The notes below the pieces were generated by a model. It ran no database searches. It saw only the letters and a list, made by a program, of their open reading frames with translations, and was not told the origin of the DNA. Shown here in pieces: positions 46,256-54,235 of a stretch of 64,000 bases of DNA. Within the stretch, counting starts at the first letter, position 1; the number at the start of each line of letters is the position of its first letter. The DNA is from Pseudomonadota bacterium (lineage in GTDB: Bacteria > Pseudomonadota > Alphaproteobacteria > Rhodobacterales > Rhodobacteraceae): positions 2,229 to 66,228 of the forward strand of contig JBEEOG010000146.1 of NCBI GenBank assembly GCA_041191745.1, read 5' to 3'. Position numbers and translations under genes: made by a program.

Positions 46256-49200
46256 ATGTCGGACGAGATGGACGAAATCTGGGCGCTTTACGCCGATGAC
46301 GGCGCGCAGGCGCTGGATGCGATGGAAACCGCCCTCGACGCGCTGGGGGCGGGGCCTGTCGATGCCACCGATCCGCAGGTCGCGGCCTTCTTCCGCGCGG
46401 TGCATACCTTCAAGGGCAATTCGCGTGTCCTTGGCCTGTCGGTGGTGGAAAGCCGCGCCCACCTGTCCGAGGATCTGATCGGTCTGGTGCGCGATCAGGG
46501 CGTGCCGTGGGATGGCGAGATCCGCGACGTGCTGCTGATGGCGACGGATGTGCTGCGCGCCATGCTGGAGGAGACGGCCGCGACGCGGGCGGATGTCGCG
46601 CCCGATGCATCCGAGGGGCTGATGGCGCGGCTGGCGGACAAGATCGCGCGCTGCACGGGGCAGACCGGCACGGCCCCCGAAGCCGTGACGCCCCCCGTGA
46701 CGCCCCCCGAGGACGCGCCCGCCGAGGAAGCGCCGTCCGTCGAGGCGTCTGCCATCGCGGAACCCGCTTCCGCACCGGAACCGGAACCCGAAGCCGCCCC
46801 GACGCCCGCCGCCCCGAAGGTCAAGGCGCGCAAGGCGAAGTCCGCAAGGGACGACGCGGCCCCCGCTGCCGCGCCGGCCCCCGAACCGGCATCCGAACCG
46901 GTCCCCGTCGCGGCTACCCCCGGCGCGGCTACCCCCGCCGCGCCGCGTCTGGCCGATGATCCCGCCTATCGCGCCATCTTCGACGGCATGGTGCGCGACG
47001 CGCTGGCCAAGCTTCAGGGCGCGCTCGCCACGCATGCCACCGATCCGGTCGAGGCCGACACCCGCGCGCGGCGCGAGGCGGACGGGCTGGCCCATGCCGC
47101 GCGGCAGATGGGCCTGCCGGAGTGGGAAGCCCCCCTGCGCGCCTTCCTGTCAGCCCCCGAACGCGGATCGGAGCCGATCGCGCAACTGATCCTGCGGCTG
47201 CAGGATCTGGGCGACAGCGGCGCGTCGGCCGGACTGGCATCGCCGGATACAGGCGCGGACGACCACAGCTTCTTCGACCGCCTGCAGGACCCCCTGCGCC
47301 GGCTTGCGCGGATCGGGGCCGATTATGCCTGCGGCCAGACCCCCGACCCTGCCGAGGTCGCCGCCTGCGTCGATGCGGTCATCGCGGGGGCAGGGGCGCA
47401 GGGCTACATCCGCGTGGTCGAACGCGCCGAGGACCTGCGCCACGCCGCTTCCGGAACCGCCTTCCGCGAGGCCGAACTGCGGCTTTACGAGGAACTCGCC
47501 GCGGTCGAGGCGGTGATGCCCGATGCCGCCCGCGCCGCCGGTATCAGCCCGCGGGGGATGGTGCAGGAATGGTGCGCCGAACATGTCTTCGACACGCTTT
47601 CGGCGCTGGAAGCCACGCTGTCGCGGCTGCGCCAGTCGGCGGAGGGGGACAAGGACGCGCTCTATTCCGACTTCGACCGCCGGATGCGGCTGGTGCGCCA
47701 CGCCTGCGCCCACCACCGGATCGAGACGGCAGGGCAACTCGCGCTGACGCTGGTGGACCTGTTCGCGCGCGCCCATGCATCGGGCAAGGCTCCCGACCCG
47801 ATCCTGAACCACATCGCGCGGGGCTTCATCGACACGGTCGAACTGGTCTTCGACGCGCTCCATCAGGGCGAAGAGCCCGATACCGCCAACCTCGACCGGC
47901 TGTTCGAGGAAGCGGCGAACATGGGTTTCGTCAAGGACGGGCTGGCCACCGCCACGGCGATCGAGCGGCGGCTGGGCCTGCCCAAGGAATTCCACCGCGT
48001 GCTGTCGCCCGAAAGCGTGCGCGCGGCGTCGGAATGCATCGAACAGGGCCATACCTTCTTTGTCCTGCGCGCCGATATCAACGACGACGAGGCGCTGGCC
48101 GAACGCTTCATCGACTGGCTCTCGTCGGGGGTGGCGCGGTCGATCACCAATGTCACCGTCTTTCGCGGCACCAGCACGCTGTTCGACTTCCTGATCGCCG
48201 CCCCGATGGGCGAGGCCGACTTCGTCGAGACGATGGCGCGGATCGACCCGACGCTGAAAAAGCTCGTCCCCCTACGGACGATGCAGGCGACCGAGGAACA
48301 GGGCGCGGCCGATGGCGCGGGCAGCGACGCCGACGGGGGCGCAAGTCTGGCCCAGAGCGGCGGCGTCACCGCCGAGATGCTTGAGACGCTGGGCGAGATC
48401 GCGGCCAACCAGTCGATGGTCAGCCACATCCTGACCCAGCTTGCCGAAACCGACCTGACCGAGACGGTGGACACGGTCCTGCGCGCCGCGGGCGGGGACA
48501 TGCGGCGCGCGCGGGCGCAGCTTCTGGCGGCCGTGGGCGACTATACCGCCCGCCTGAAGGACTGCGCGCAGATCGAGGCGCAGCTGTCCGGCAAGCTTGC
48601 CCAGTTGCAGGAAGAGACGGTCGAGATCCGCTCGCGCCGGATCGAGACGGTGCTGCGCCCGCTGGAAACCTTTGTGCAGACCTATTCGCGGCGCAACCGC
48701 AGCGAGACGCGGTTTTCCTCCAGCGGGGGCGAGCTGTCGCTGGATGTCACCATCCTCGATACGATGCGGCGCGTGCTGCGAAGCCTTGTGATGTTCCGGC
48801 TGGATCAGGCCGAAGGCGCGCCCGCCGCGATGCATGTGGCCTTCCAGCGCGACGAGGAACGGGTGCTGGCGCTGCTGGAGGATGACGGCGCGGCGGTGAT
48901 CGACGCGCCCGTTCTGGACGACATCCGCGCCACGCTGCAGAAACTGGGCGGCGACATCCGCGCCGTGGCCCTGCCGGGCAGGGGGATGCGGCATCACATC
49001 ACCGTGCCCTTGGCCATGGTGGTGCTGGAAGGCATGGTCGTGGGCGTCGAAGGCGTGCGCTATGTCATGCCGGTCGATGCCATCCGCATGATCCTGCAAC
49101 CCGAACAGGACGTGCGGCTTCGCATCTCGGCCGCCGGCGGACGCGAGATGCTGCGTATCGCGCCGGACGAGATGGTCGCCGTCGCCGCGCTGGGCAGCGG

Positions 49201-49459
49201 GCAGGATCACCCGCGCGAGGGGCGGCGCGGCGTCTATGTCGTCCTTGGCGCGCAGGGCCGCAGCGTCGCGGTTCCGGTGGATGAACTGATCGGCCAGCAG
49301 CTGGTCCTTCTGCGCCCGCTGAAGGGGGTGCTGTCGCGAATCAACAACATGAACGGCATCGCGCTTCTGGCGGGCGGGGATGTGGGAATGGTCGTCTCGC
49401 CCAGCAGCCTGTGCATGTTCGGGCAGGAAGCCCCGCCGCAGACATACCTAGGAATGTAG
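46256..49459 (+). CDS. cheA3: Atypical CheA (CheA3-type): HPt P1, long insert, P5, no intact kinase
   Basis: FFRAVHTFKGNS HPt; C-terminal CheW-like domain (VPVDELIGQQ.V..PL); N-box and G2 absent. Confidence 0.9.
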   Translation: MSDEMDEIWALYADDGAQALDAMETALDALGAGPVDATDPQVAAFFRAVHTFKGNSRVLGLSVVESRAHLSEDLIGLVRDQGVPWDGEIRDVLLMATDVLRAMLEETAATRADVAPDASEGLMARLADKIARCTGQTGTAPEAVTPPVTPPEDAPAEEAPSVEASAIAEPASAPEPEPEAAPTPAAPKVKARKAKSARDDAAPAAAPAPEPASEPVPVAATPGAATPAAPRLADDPAYRAIFDGMVRDALAKLQGALATHATDPVEADTRARREADGLAHAARQMGLPEWEAPLRAFLSAPERGSEPIAQLILRLQDLGDSGASAGLASPDTGADDHSFFDRLQDPLRRLARIGADYACGQTPDPAEVAACVDAVIAGAGAQGYIRVVERAEDLRHAASGTAFREAELRLYEELAAVEAVMPDAARAAGISPRGMVQEWCAEHVFDTLSALEATLSRLRQSAEGDKDALYSDFDRRMRLVRHACAHHRIETAGQLALTLVDLFARAHASGKAPDPILNHIARGFIDTVELVFDALHQGEEPDTANLDRLFEEAANMGFVKDGLATATAIERRLGLPKEFHRVLSPESVRAASECIEQGHTFFVLRADINDDEALAERFIDWLSSGVARSITNVTVFRGTSTLFDFLIAAPMGEADFVETMARIDPTLKKLVPLRTMQATEEQGAADGAGSDADGGASLAQSGGVTAEMLETLGEIAANQSMVSHILTQLAETDLTETVDTVLRAAGGDMRRARAQLLAAVGDYTARLKDCAQIEAQLSGKLAQLQEETVEIRSRRIETVLRPLETFVQTYSRRNRSETRFSSSGGELSLDVTILDTMRRVLRSLVMFRLDQAEGAPAAMHVAFQRDEERVLALLEDDGAAVIDAPVLDDIRATLQKLGGDIRAVALPGRGMRHHITVPLAMVVLEGMVVGVEGVRYVMPVDAIRMILQPEQDVRLRISAAGGREMLRIAPDEMVAVAALGSGQDHPREGRRGVYVVLGAQGRSVAVPVDELIGQQLVLLRPLKGVLSRINNMNGIALLAGGDVGMVVSPSSLCMFGQEAPPQTYLGM

Positions 49460-49604
49460 CCCCCCGCGTCCGGTATGGGCCTGTTCCGCGCATCGGTATC
49501 GAAGGGTGCCAATACCGTTGCGCCACCCCGAAGAGAAGGCGGAAAAGAAGCCCACAGGTTGCAGACTCCGGCGCGATGTCCGGAAAAGGTGCGAGGATAG
49601 TACG

Positions 49605-50102
49605 ATGTTGATGACCAAGTTCTCTGACCTCTTCTCGGCCGCCGTGCAGGCGATCCCCTCCGCGAACGGTCTGACCGTGGCGATCCTCAGCCCCGTGGTT
49701 CCCGACTATGCCGCAGCCCTCGTCGCCGCCGGGGCAAGGGTGATCTGCGCCGATCCCGATGGCGCTGCGTCCTTCGCGCAGGAACGGCCCGACGTGCTGA
49801 TCGTGGACCAGCCCGCCCGCATCGCGCCGCGCCGCGTGGCGCTGCTGGCGGCGCAGCTGCGCTGGGGCAATCCCGATCTGGTCGTGCTGGTGGCCGATGG
49901 CATGGTGGGGGTCGATTACGGCTTTCCGCACGATCTGGCCTTCGATCCCGCGCTGGGCCCCGCCCATGCCGAAGATGCCCTGTCCATGGCGCGCCACCTG
50001 CTGTGCCATGCCCGTCTCCGCGTCGCGGCCAACAGGCCCGCGCCGGTCGTCCCGCTTCTGCGCCGCGCGGCGCGCGCGCGCCGCAAGACCCTGTTCCGCT
50101 AG
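49605..50102 (+). CDS. Hypothetical protein with degenerate receiver-like fold
   Basis: QERPDVLIVD, LR..NPDL.VLV; GAGG upstream; followed by a terminator. Confidence 0.6.
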   Translation: MLMTKFSDLFSAAVQAIPSANGLTVAILSPVVPDYAAALVAAGARVICADPDGAASFAQERPDVLIVDQPARIAPRRVALLAAQLRWGNPDLVVLVADGMVGVDYGFPHDLAFDPALGPAHAEDALSMARHLLCHARLRVAANRPAPVVPLLRRAARARRKTLFR

Positions 50103-50119
50103 GCTTTCGTGCAGAGGGG

Positions 50120-50166
50120 CGAAGGGCGGTCCGTCACTGGCGTGCGGGCCGCCCTTCGTTGTTTTT
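50120..50166 (+). terminator. Rho-independent terminator
   Basis: CGAAGGGCGGTCCG-N11-CGGGCCGCCCTTCG then TTGTTTTT. Confidence 0.8.
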
Positions 50167-50185
50167 CGCAGCCTTTCCGGCCGTC

Positions 50186-50212
50186 TAACATTCCTGCGGA
50201 ACGGGTCGTTTC
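50186..50212 (+). promoter_or_regulatory. Putative sigma28 promoter of fliS
   Basis: TAAC-N15-GTCGTTTC. Confidence 0.55.
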
Positions 50213-50258
50213 CTGCAGCACAGGCGGAGATGGAGCCGCGTGCTGAGGAGATGTGCCG

Positions 50259-50651
50259 ATGACCTTTCTCGATGCCCGATCGCAATACCGGCGCGCCGAT
50301 GCGGGCGAGGTGCTGGCGGTGGAAAGCCCGCACGGCATCATCCTCGTCACCCTGCGCGAGCTGGAGCGGTCGCTGCGCGTGCTGGCCGCGTCCGAGGCGG
50401 GGGCCTGTCCCGCCGCCCATCTGAACCGCGCCTTCACCGCGATCTACATCCTGCAATCCTCGCTCGATTTCGATCGCGGCGGCGAGATCGCGGTGAATCT
50501 GTTCCGCGTCTATGAATACTGCCGCCTGCGCGTGGCCGAAGCCTTCCGCCGCGAACCCGCGCCGCGCATGACCGAAGCGGCCGACCATATCGCGGCGCTG
50601 ATCGCGGCGTGGGAACAGATCGACCCCGCGGGCGCAAAGGCCGCGCCGTGA
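50259..50651 (+). CDS. fliS: Flagellin chaperone FliS
   Basis: N-terminal Tyr, SPH.II, LQSSLDFDRGGEIA.NL..VYEY, AWEQI. Confidence 0.92.
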   Translation: MTFLDARSQYRRADAGEVLAVESPHGIILVTLRELERSLRVLAASEAGACPAAHLNRAFTAIYILQSSLDFDRGGEIAVNLFRVYEYCRLRVAEAFRREPAPRMTEAADHIAALIAAWEQIDPAGAKAAP

Positions 50652-50935
50652 CGGCGGCGCTGGCGATCCGGCTGGACATGGCGGGGGCGCGCGTCGCTGC
50701 GGCCGTCCGGTCGGGGGATGCGCTGGCGCTGCTGGCTGCCGCCCTGCAACTGCACGAGGTGGTGGAAGAGACGGGGCGCATCGCGGCCCCCGATGCCCGC
50801 CTGCGCGGGGCGGCGGCGCTGGCCCTCGCGCGGCTGGAACGCGCCGGGGAACGGCTGGCGGCAGAGCTGGCCGCGCAGACCGAAGGCCGGCACCGCGACA
50901 GCCGCCTGCGCGGCGCCTATCGCGGCGCGGTCTGA
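50648..50935 (+). CDS. Small helical protein coupled to fliS (FliT-like)
   Basis: GTGA overlap with the fliS stop; 95 aa all-alpha; C-terminal ..RLRGAY. Confidence 0.5.
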   Translation: MTAALAIRLDMAGARVAAAVRSGDALALLAAALQLHEVVEETGRIAAPDARLRGAAALALARLERAGERLAAELAAQTEGRHRDSRLRGAYRGAV

Positions 50936-50938
50936 TCC

Positions 50939-51154
50939 CTAACGGTCAAAGGCCGCCAGCAGCGCCGCGCGGCGTTCGGCGGTGCGGGCGGGGCGCGGCG
51001 GACGCAGCATCGACACCAGCGAGACGAGCCTGCGCCGGCGCGGCGCGCCATTGCCGTCAAAGCTGATGCATTCGATCCTCAGGCGGTCGGGATCGGCCCC
51101 TTCGGTCGGGGCGCGGCAGGGCAGGTCGGCTTCGAATTGGAGTTCCGGCTTCAT
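50939..51154 (-). CDS. Hypothetical 71-aa protein with its own sigma54 promoter
   Basis: Purine-rich leader AAAAAGGGGAGAGAGAAAGAGAAG before the ATG; -24/-12 box upstream. Confidence 0.65.
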   Translation of the reverse strand: MKPELQFEADLPCRAPTEGADPDRLRIECISFDGNGAPRRRRLVSLVSMLRPPRPARTAERRAALLAAFDR

Positions 51155-51199
51155 CTTCTCTTTCTCTCTCCCCTTTTTCGGTCTGGCGTCGGGCAGGCG

Positions 51200-51215
51200 T
51201 GCAAGGCGCGTGCCG
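51200..51215 (-). promoter_or_regulatory. sigma54 promoter of the 71-aa gene
   Basis: Minus strand CGGCAC-GCGCC-TTGCA. Confidence 0.78.
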
Positions 51216-51218
51216 CCC

Positions 51219-51761
51219 TCAGCGCAGGACGAGTTCGGTCAGCAGCACCTCGCGCACGGGTTCGGGCAGGTCGCCGGTGCCCACGGCCGCGTTCAGCAGG
51301 TCGCGCAGGCGCGGCGGCAGGTTCCGGCGCAGCGCGGCGGCCATGTCGCCGCCCCTGGCCACCGCTTCGGCCACCGCCTGCGCCTCGGTCAGGATGCGGG
51401 ACCTGATGTCATCCAACCGCGCCTCGACCCTGCCTTGCAGCGCGGGCAGCAGGTCGGGCGGTCCTTCGACCGACAGCGTCAGGGTGAGCAGGGCTGTCCG
51501 GTCGCCCCGCAGGTCCAGCGTCACCGGATCGGCCAGCGGCAGATAGAGCGACAGGGGCGCGGGCTCTGCGGTCGCGGCGGGCGGCGGGGGGCTGTCGGAG
51601 GGCAGCACCGCCGCCTCCGGCCGCAGCGTGGCGGCCAGCCCCGCGCCAAAGGCACCCGCGGTCAGCGCGAACCCCAGAAGGGCGGGCAGAAGCGGGCCGC
51701 GAAGGGCGGTCGGGGCAATCGTCACGGGGGCACACTTTCGCGCTTGGCTCTGTGCGGCCAT
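51219..51761 (-). CDS. Second, divergent FliL-like protein (start 51761 ATG or 51725 GTG)
   Basis: N-terminal TM, Pro linker, YLPLADPVTLDL, IRSRIL, C-terminal VREVLLTELVLR. Confidence 0.7.
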   Translation of the reverse strand: MAAQSQARKCAPVTIAPTALRGPLLPALLGFALTAGAFGAGLAATLRPEAAVLPSDSPPPPAATAEPAPLSLYLPLADPVTLDLRGDRTALLTLTLSVEGPPDLLPALQGRVEARLDDIRSRILTEAQAVAEAVARGGDMAAALRRNLPPRLRDLLNAAVGTGDLPEPVREVLLTELVLR

Positions 51762-51847
51762 CCTACGCCATCGCGCCCGCGCGCGGACCTGTCCGAAGCG
51801 TCGGGTCGGCTTGCCCAAACGGACAGGGCCCGTCGCCGGCCCGCCGC

Positions 51848-51874
51848 TAAAGAGCGGCGCATGCCGGTCGTCAA
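51848..51874 (+). promoter_or_regulatory. Putative sigma28 promoter
   Basis: TAAA-N15-GTCGTCAA; flanks GCCGCTAAA and GCCGGTCGTC identical to those upstream of fliD. Confidence 0.6.
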
Positions 51875-51938
51875 GGGATGTGCGGGCGCGCGCCCGTGGC
51901 CGAAGCAAACGAGGGTGACGTCAGGCATGAAGGAGAGG

Positions 51939-52343
51939 ATGTCCCGGGCGCTGGTTCCCGTCACCTCGCGCCTGCCCGTTGCGGGACGGGCCCGCCCCGA
52001 CACGGCCGAGGCGAAGGCGCCGCGCCGCGCGGGGCAGGATTTCGACCTTGTCCAGCGCGAGACGGTGCTGACCAGCCGCAGCCAGATCGAACGCTTCCTG
52101 CCCGACATCCTTGGCCGCGCGCTGGCGCGCATCTGGATCGATCCGGCCTTCCGCGACCGCTTTGCCGCCGATCCCAAGGGGACGCTGGCCGATTACGGCG
52201 TGCATCTGCCCGAACAGATCGACATCGATTTCGTCACCGAAGGCGCGCTGCGCCCGCAGATCGTGGTGCATGAATATCCCCAGCGCGGCGGGCCGCGCCG
52301 CCGCCTGCTTTACCTGCAACTGGTGATGATGGCGGGGCGATGA
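51939..52343 (+). CDS. Hypothetical 134-aa protein with nitrile-hydratase-leader (NHLP)-like motif
   Basis: RBS AAGGAG; ALARIWIDPAFRDRFAADPKGTLADYGVHLPEQIDIDFV. Confidence 0.75.
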   Translation: MSRALVPVTSRLPVAGRARPDTAEAKAPRRAGQDFDLVQRETVLTSRSQIERFLPDILGRALARIWIDPAFRDRFAADPKGTLADYGVHLPEQIDIDFVTEGALRPQIVVHEYPQRGGPRRRLLYLQLVMMAGR

Positions 52344-52975
52344 GGGCGCTTGCCGCAACGCTGGCGCTGTGCCTTGCCCTGCCCGTCGCGGCGGGCGAGC
52401 CTTTGGCCGATGCGCTGGACGCGCTGCGCGCGGGGCGGCTGGCCGAGGGCGTGCTGATCTACCGCGACCTTGCCGAGGCGGGCGACGGGCGGGCGCAGTT
52501 CAACCTCGGGCTCCTTTACCTCGACGGTCTGGGCGTGCCGCAAAGCCATGCCGAGGCGCTCTACTGGGGGTGGCGCGCGCGGCTGTCGGGCGTGGCCGAG
52601 GCGCCCGCGCTGATCGCCCGCCTTGCCCCCCACGCCACCCCCGACCTGCGCGCGGCGCTGGCGGCCCGCCTGATGGCGGATCTGCAGCCGCGCATCGACA
52701 GGGGCGAGGGGCGGGCCATGCTGGAACTGGCGGGCGTGTGGATCGAGGTCGCGCCCGACCCCGATCCCGCGCAGGCCTTTGTCTGGCAGGCCCTTGCCGC
52801 CGCGCTGGGGGTGGCGGGGGCCGCCGCCGCGCGCGATGCGACGGGCCGCAGCCTTGCCCCCGAGGCGCGGCTGCGGGCCGAGGCGCAGGCGAAGGAGGTG
52901 CTGGCAGGGCTTTGCGCCAAGGGGATGCGGGACGCGCCGATCTGCGCCGCCCTGCCGCCCACGCCCGCGGGATAG
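52340..52975 (+). CDS. Secreted Sel1-repeat protein (211 aa)
   Basis: Signal peptide; AEAGDGRAQFNLGLLYLDGLGVPQSHAEALYW; second repeat AMLELA..DPAQAFVW..LAAALG; ATGA overlap. Confidence 0.85.
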   Translation: MRALAATLALCLALPVAAGEPLADALDALRAGRLAEGVLIYRDLAEAGDGRAQFNLGLLYLDGLGVPQSHAEALYWGWRARLSGVAEAPALIARLAPHATPDLRAALAARLMADLQPRIDRGEGRAMLELAGVWIEVAPDPDPAQAFVWQALAAALGVAGAAAARDATGRSLAPEARLRAEAQAKEVLAGLCAKGMRDAPICAALPPTPAG

Positions 52976-53055
52976 CGGCGCGCGCGGCGGGAACGCACGG
53001 GCCCCCCGGCGCATTGGCCCGAAGATGCCCCGCCCCATCCGCAAGGAGCCGCGCC

Positions 53056-53325
53056 ATGCCCCATCCCGCCCCCCGACCGAGGGTCGAGGTTTTCTTCCTG
53101 CCGCTCGACCCCGACAGCGCCCGCCTGACCGGCTGGCTGGACGGACAGGGCGTGGCCTATGCCGCCCGCGACCTGAGCGATCCCGCCACCTCGCGCGAGG
53201 CGGTGGCGCGCACGGGGATGCGGATCGCGCCGCTGACGCTGGTCGATGGCCAGATCGTCTGGGGCACGGTGGCCGAACAGCAGAGGCGGCTGCAATCGCT
53301 CTTGTGGCGCGACCTGCAATCGTGA
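53056..53325 (+). CDS. Glutaredoxin/NrdH-fold protein lacking CxxC
   Basis: RBS AAGGAG; VEVF..DPDS..WL..GV.Y..DL; TG.R.AP...VDG...WG. Confidence 0.7.
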   Translation: MPHPAPRPRVEVFFLPLDPDSARLTGWLDGQGVAYAARDLSDPATSREAVARTGMRIAPLTLVDGQIVWGTVAEQQRRLQSLLWRDLQS

Positions 53326-53409
53326 CCGCGCGGGCCCTTGCCTTGGCTCTGGCATCGGGCGCGCACTTCCTGTTCTCTGGCCCCGCCGCAGATGGAGAGA
53401 GTGCCCGCG

Positions 53410-54231
53410 ATGACCCATCCCGTCCTGACCCTGAACGATGGCCGCACCATGCCGCAGATCGGCTTCGGCCTGTGGCAGGTGCCGGCCGACCAGACCGCGC
53501 GCGTCGTGGCCGAAGGGCTGGCGGCGGGCTACCGCATGATCGACGGCGCGGCGATCTACGGCAACGAGGAAGGGCTGGGCGAAGGGCTGAAGCGCGCCGA
53601 TCTGCCGCGCGATCAGGTCTTCGTGCAGACCAAGGTGTGGAACAGCGAACAGGGCTTCGACGCCACCCTGCGCGCGGCCGAGGAGAGCCTGCGGCGGCTG
53701 GACCTGCCCTTCGTCGACAGCCTCCTGATCCATTGGCCCTGCCCCGACAGGGGGCTCTATGTCGAGACGTGGAAGGCCCTGATCCGCCTGCGCGCCGAGG
53801 GGCGGGCGCGTTCCATCGGCGTGTCGAACTTCCTGCCCGACCATCTGGAACGCATCGTGGGCGAAACCGGCGTGGTGCCGGTCCTGAACCAGATCGAACT
53901 CCATCCCCGTCTGGCGCAGGCGGGGCTGCGCGCGGTGCATGCCCGCATGGGCATCGTCACGCAAAGCTGGACGCCTCTGGGGCAGGGGCGCAGCTTCGGG
54001 GCCGCCCCCGTGCAGGCCGCCGCCGCACGCACGGGCCGCAGCCCCGCGCAGGTGGTGCTGCGCTGGCATCTGCAGCTGGGCTGCGCGGTGATCCCGCGCT
54101 CCACCCGTGCGGCGGGGCTGGCCGAAAACCTGCGCCTGACGGATTTCGCCCTGACCGAGGACGAGATGGCCGCGATCGGCGCGCTGGATGCGGGCGAACG
54201 GACGGGGCCGGACCCGATGCGCTTTTCCTGA
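53410..54231 (+). CDS. Aldo/keto reductase (DkgA-like)
   Basis: LNDG..MPQIGFG, IDGAAIYGNE, TKVWN, LIHWP, SIGVSNF, NQIELHP. Confidence 0.93.
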   Translation: MTHPVLTLNDGRTMPQIGFGLWQVPADQTARVVAEGLAAGYRMIDGAAIYGNEEGLGEGLKRADLPRDQVFVQTKVWNSEQGFDATLRAAEESLRRLDLPFVDSLLIHWPCPDRGLYVETWKALIRLRAEGRARSIGVSNFLPDHLERIVGETGVVPVLNQIELHPRLAQAGLRAVHARMGIVTQSWTPLGQGRSFGAAPVQAAAARTGRSPAQVVLRWHLQLGCAVIPRSTRAAGLAENLRLTDFALTEDEMAAIGALDAGERTGPDPMRFS

Positions 54232-54235
54232 CGCC

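Noticed and set aside
43178-47095. 1305-aa minus-strand ORF
   Set aside because: Antisense to tlpT, cheY6 and cheA3; explained by codon bias
51939-53325. RiPP gene cluster or nitrile hydratase
   Set aside because: No core peptide, no YcaO/LanM/radical SAM enzyme or peptidase-ABC transporter, no CxxCSC motif or beta subunit
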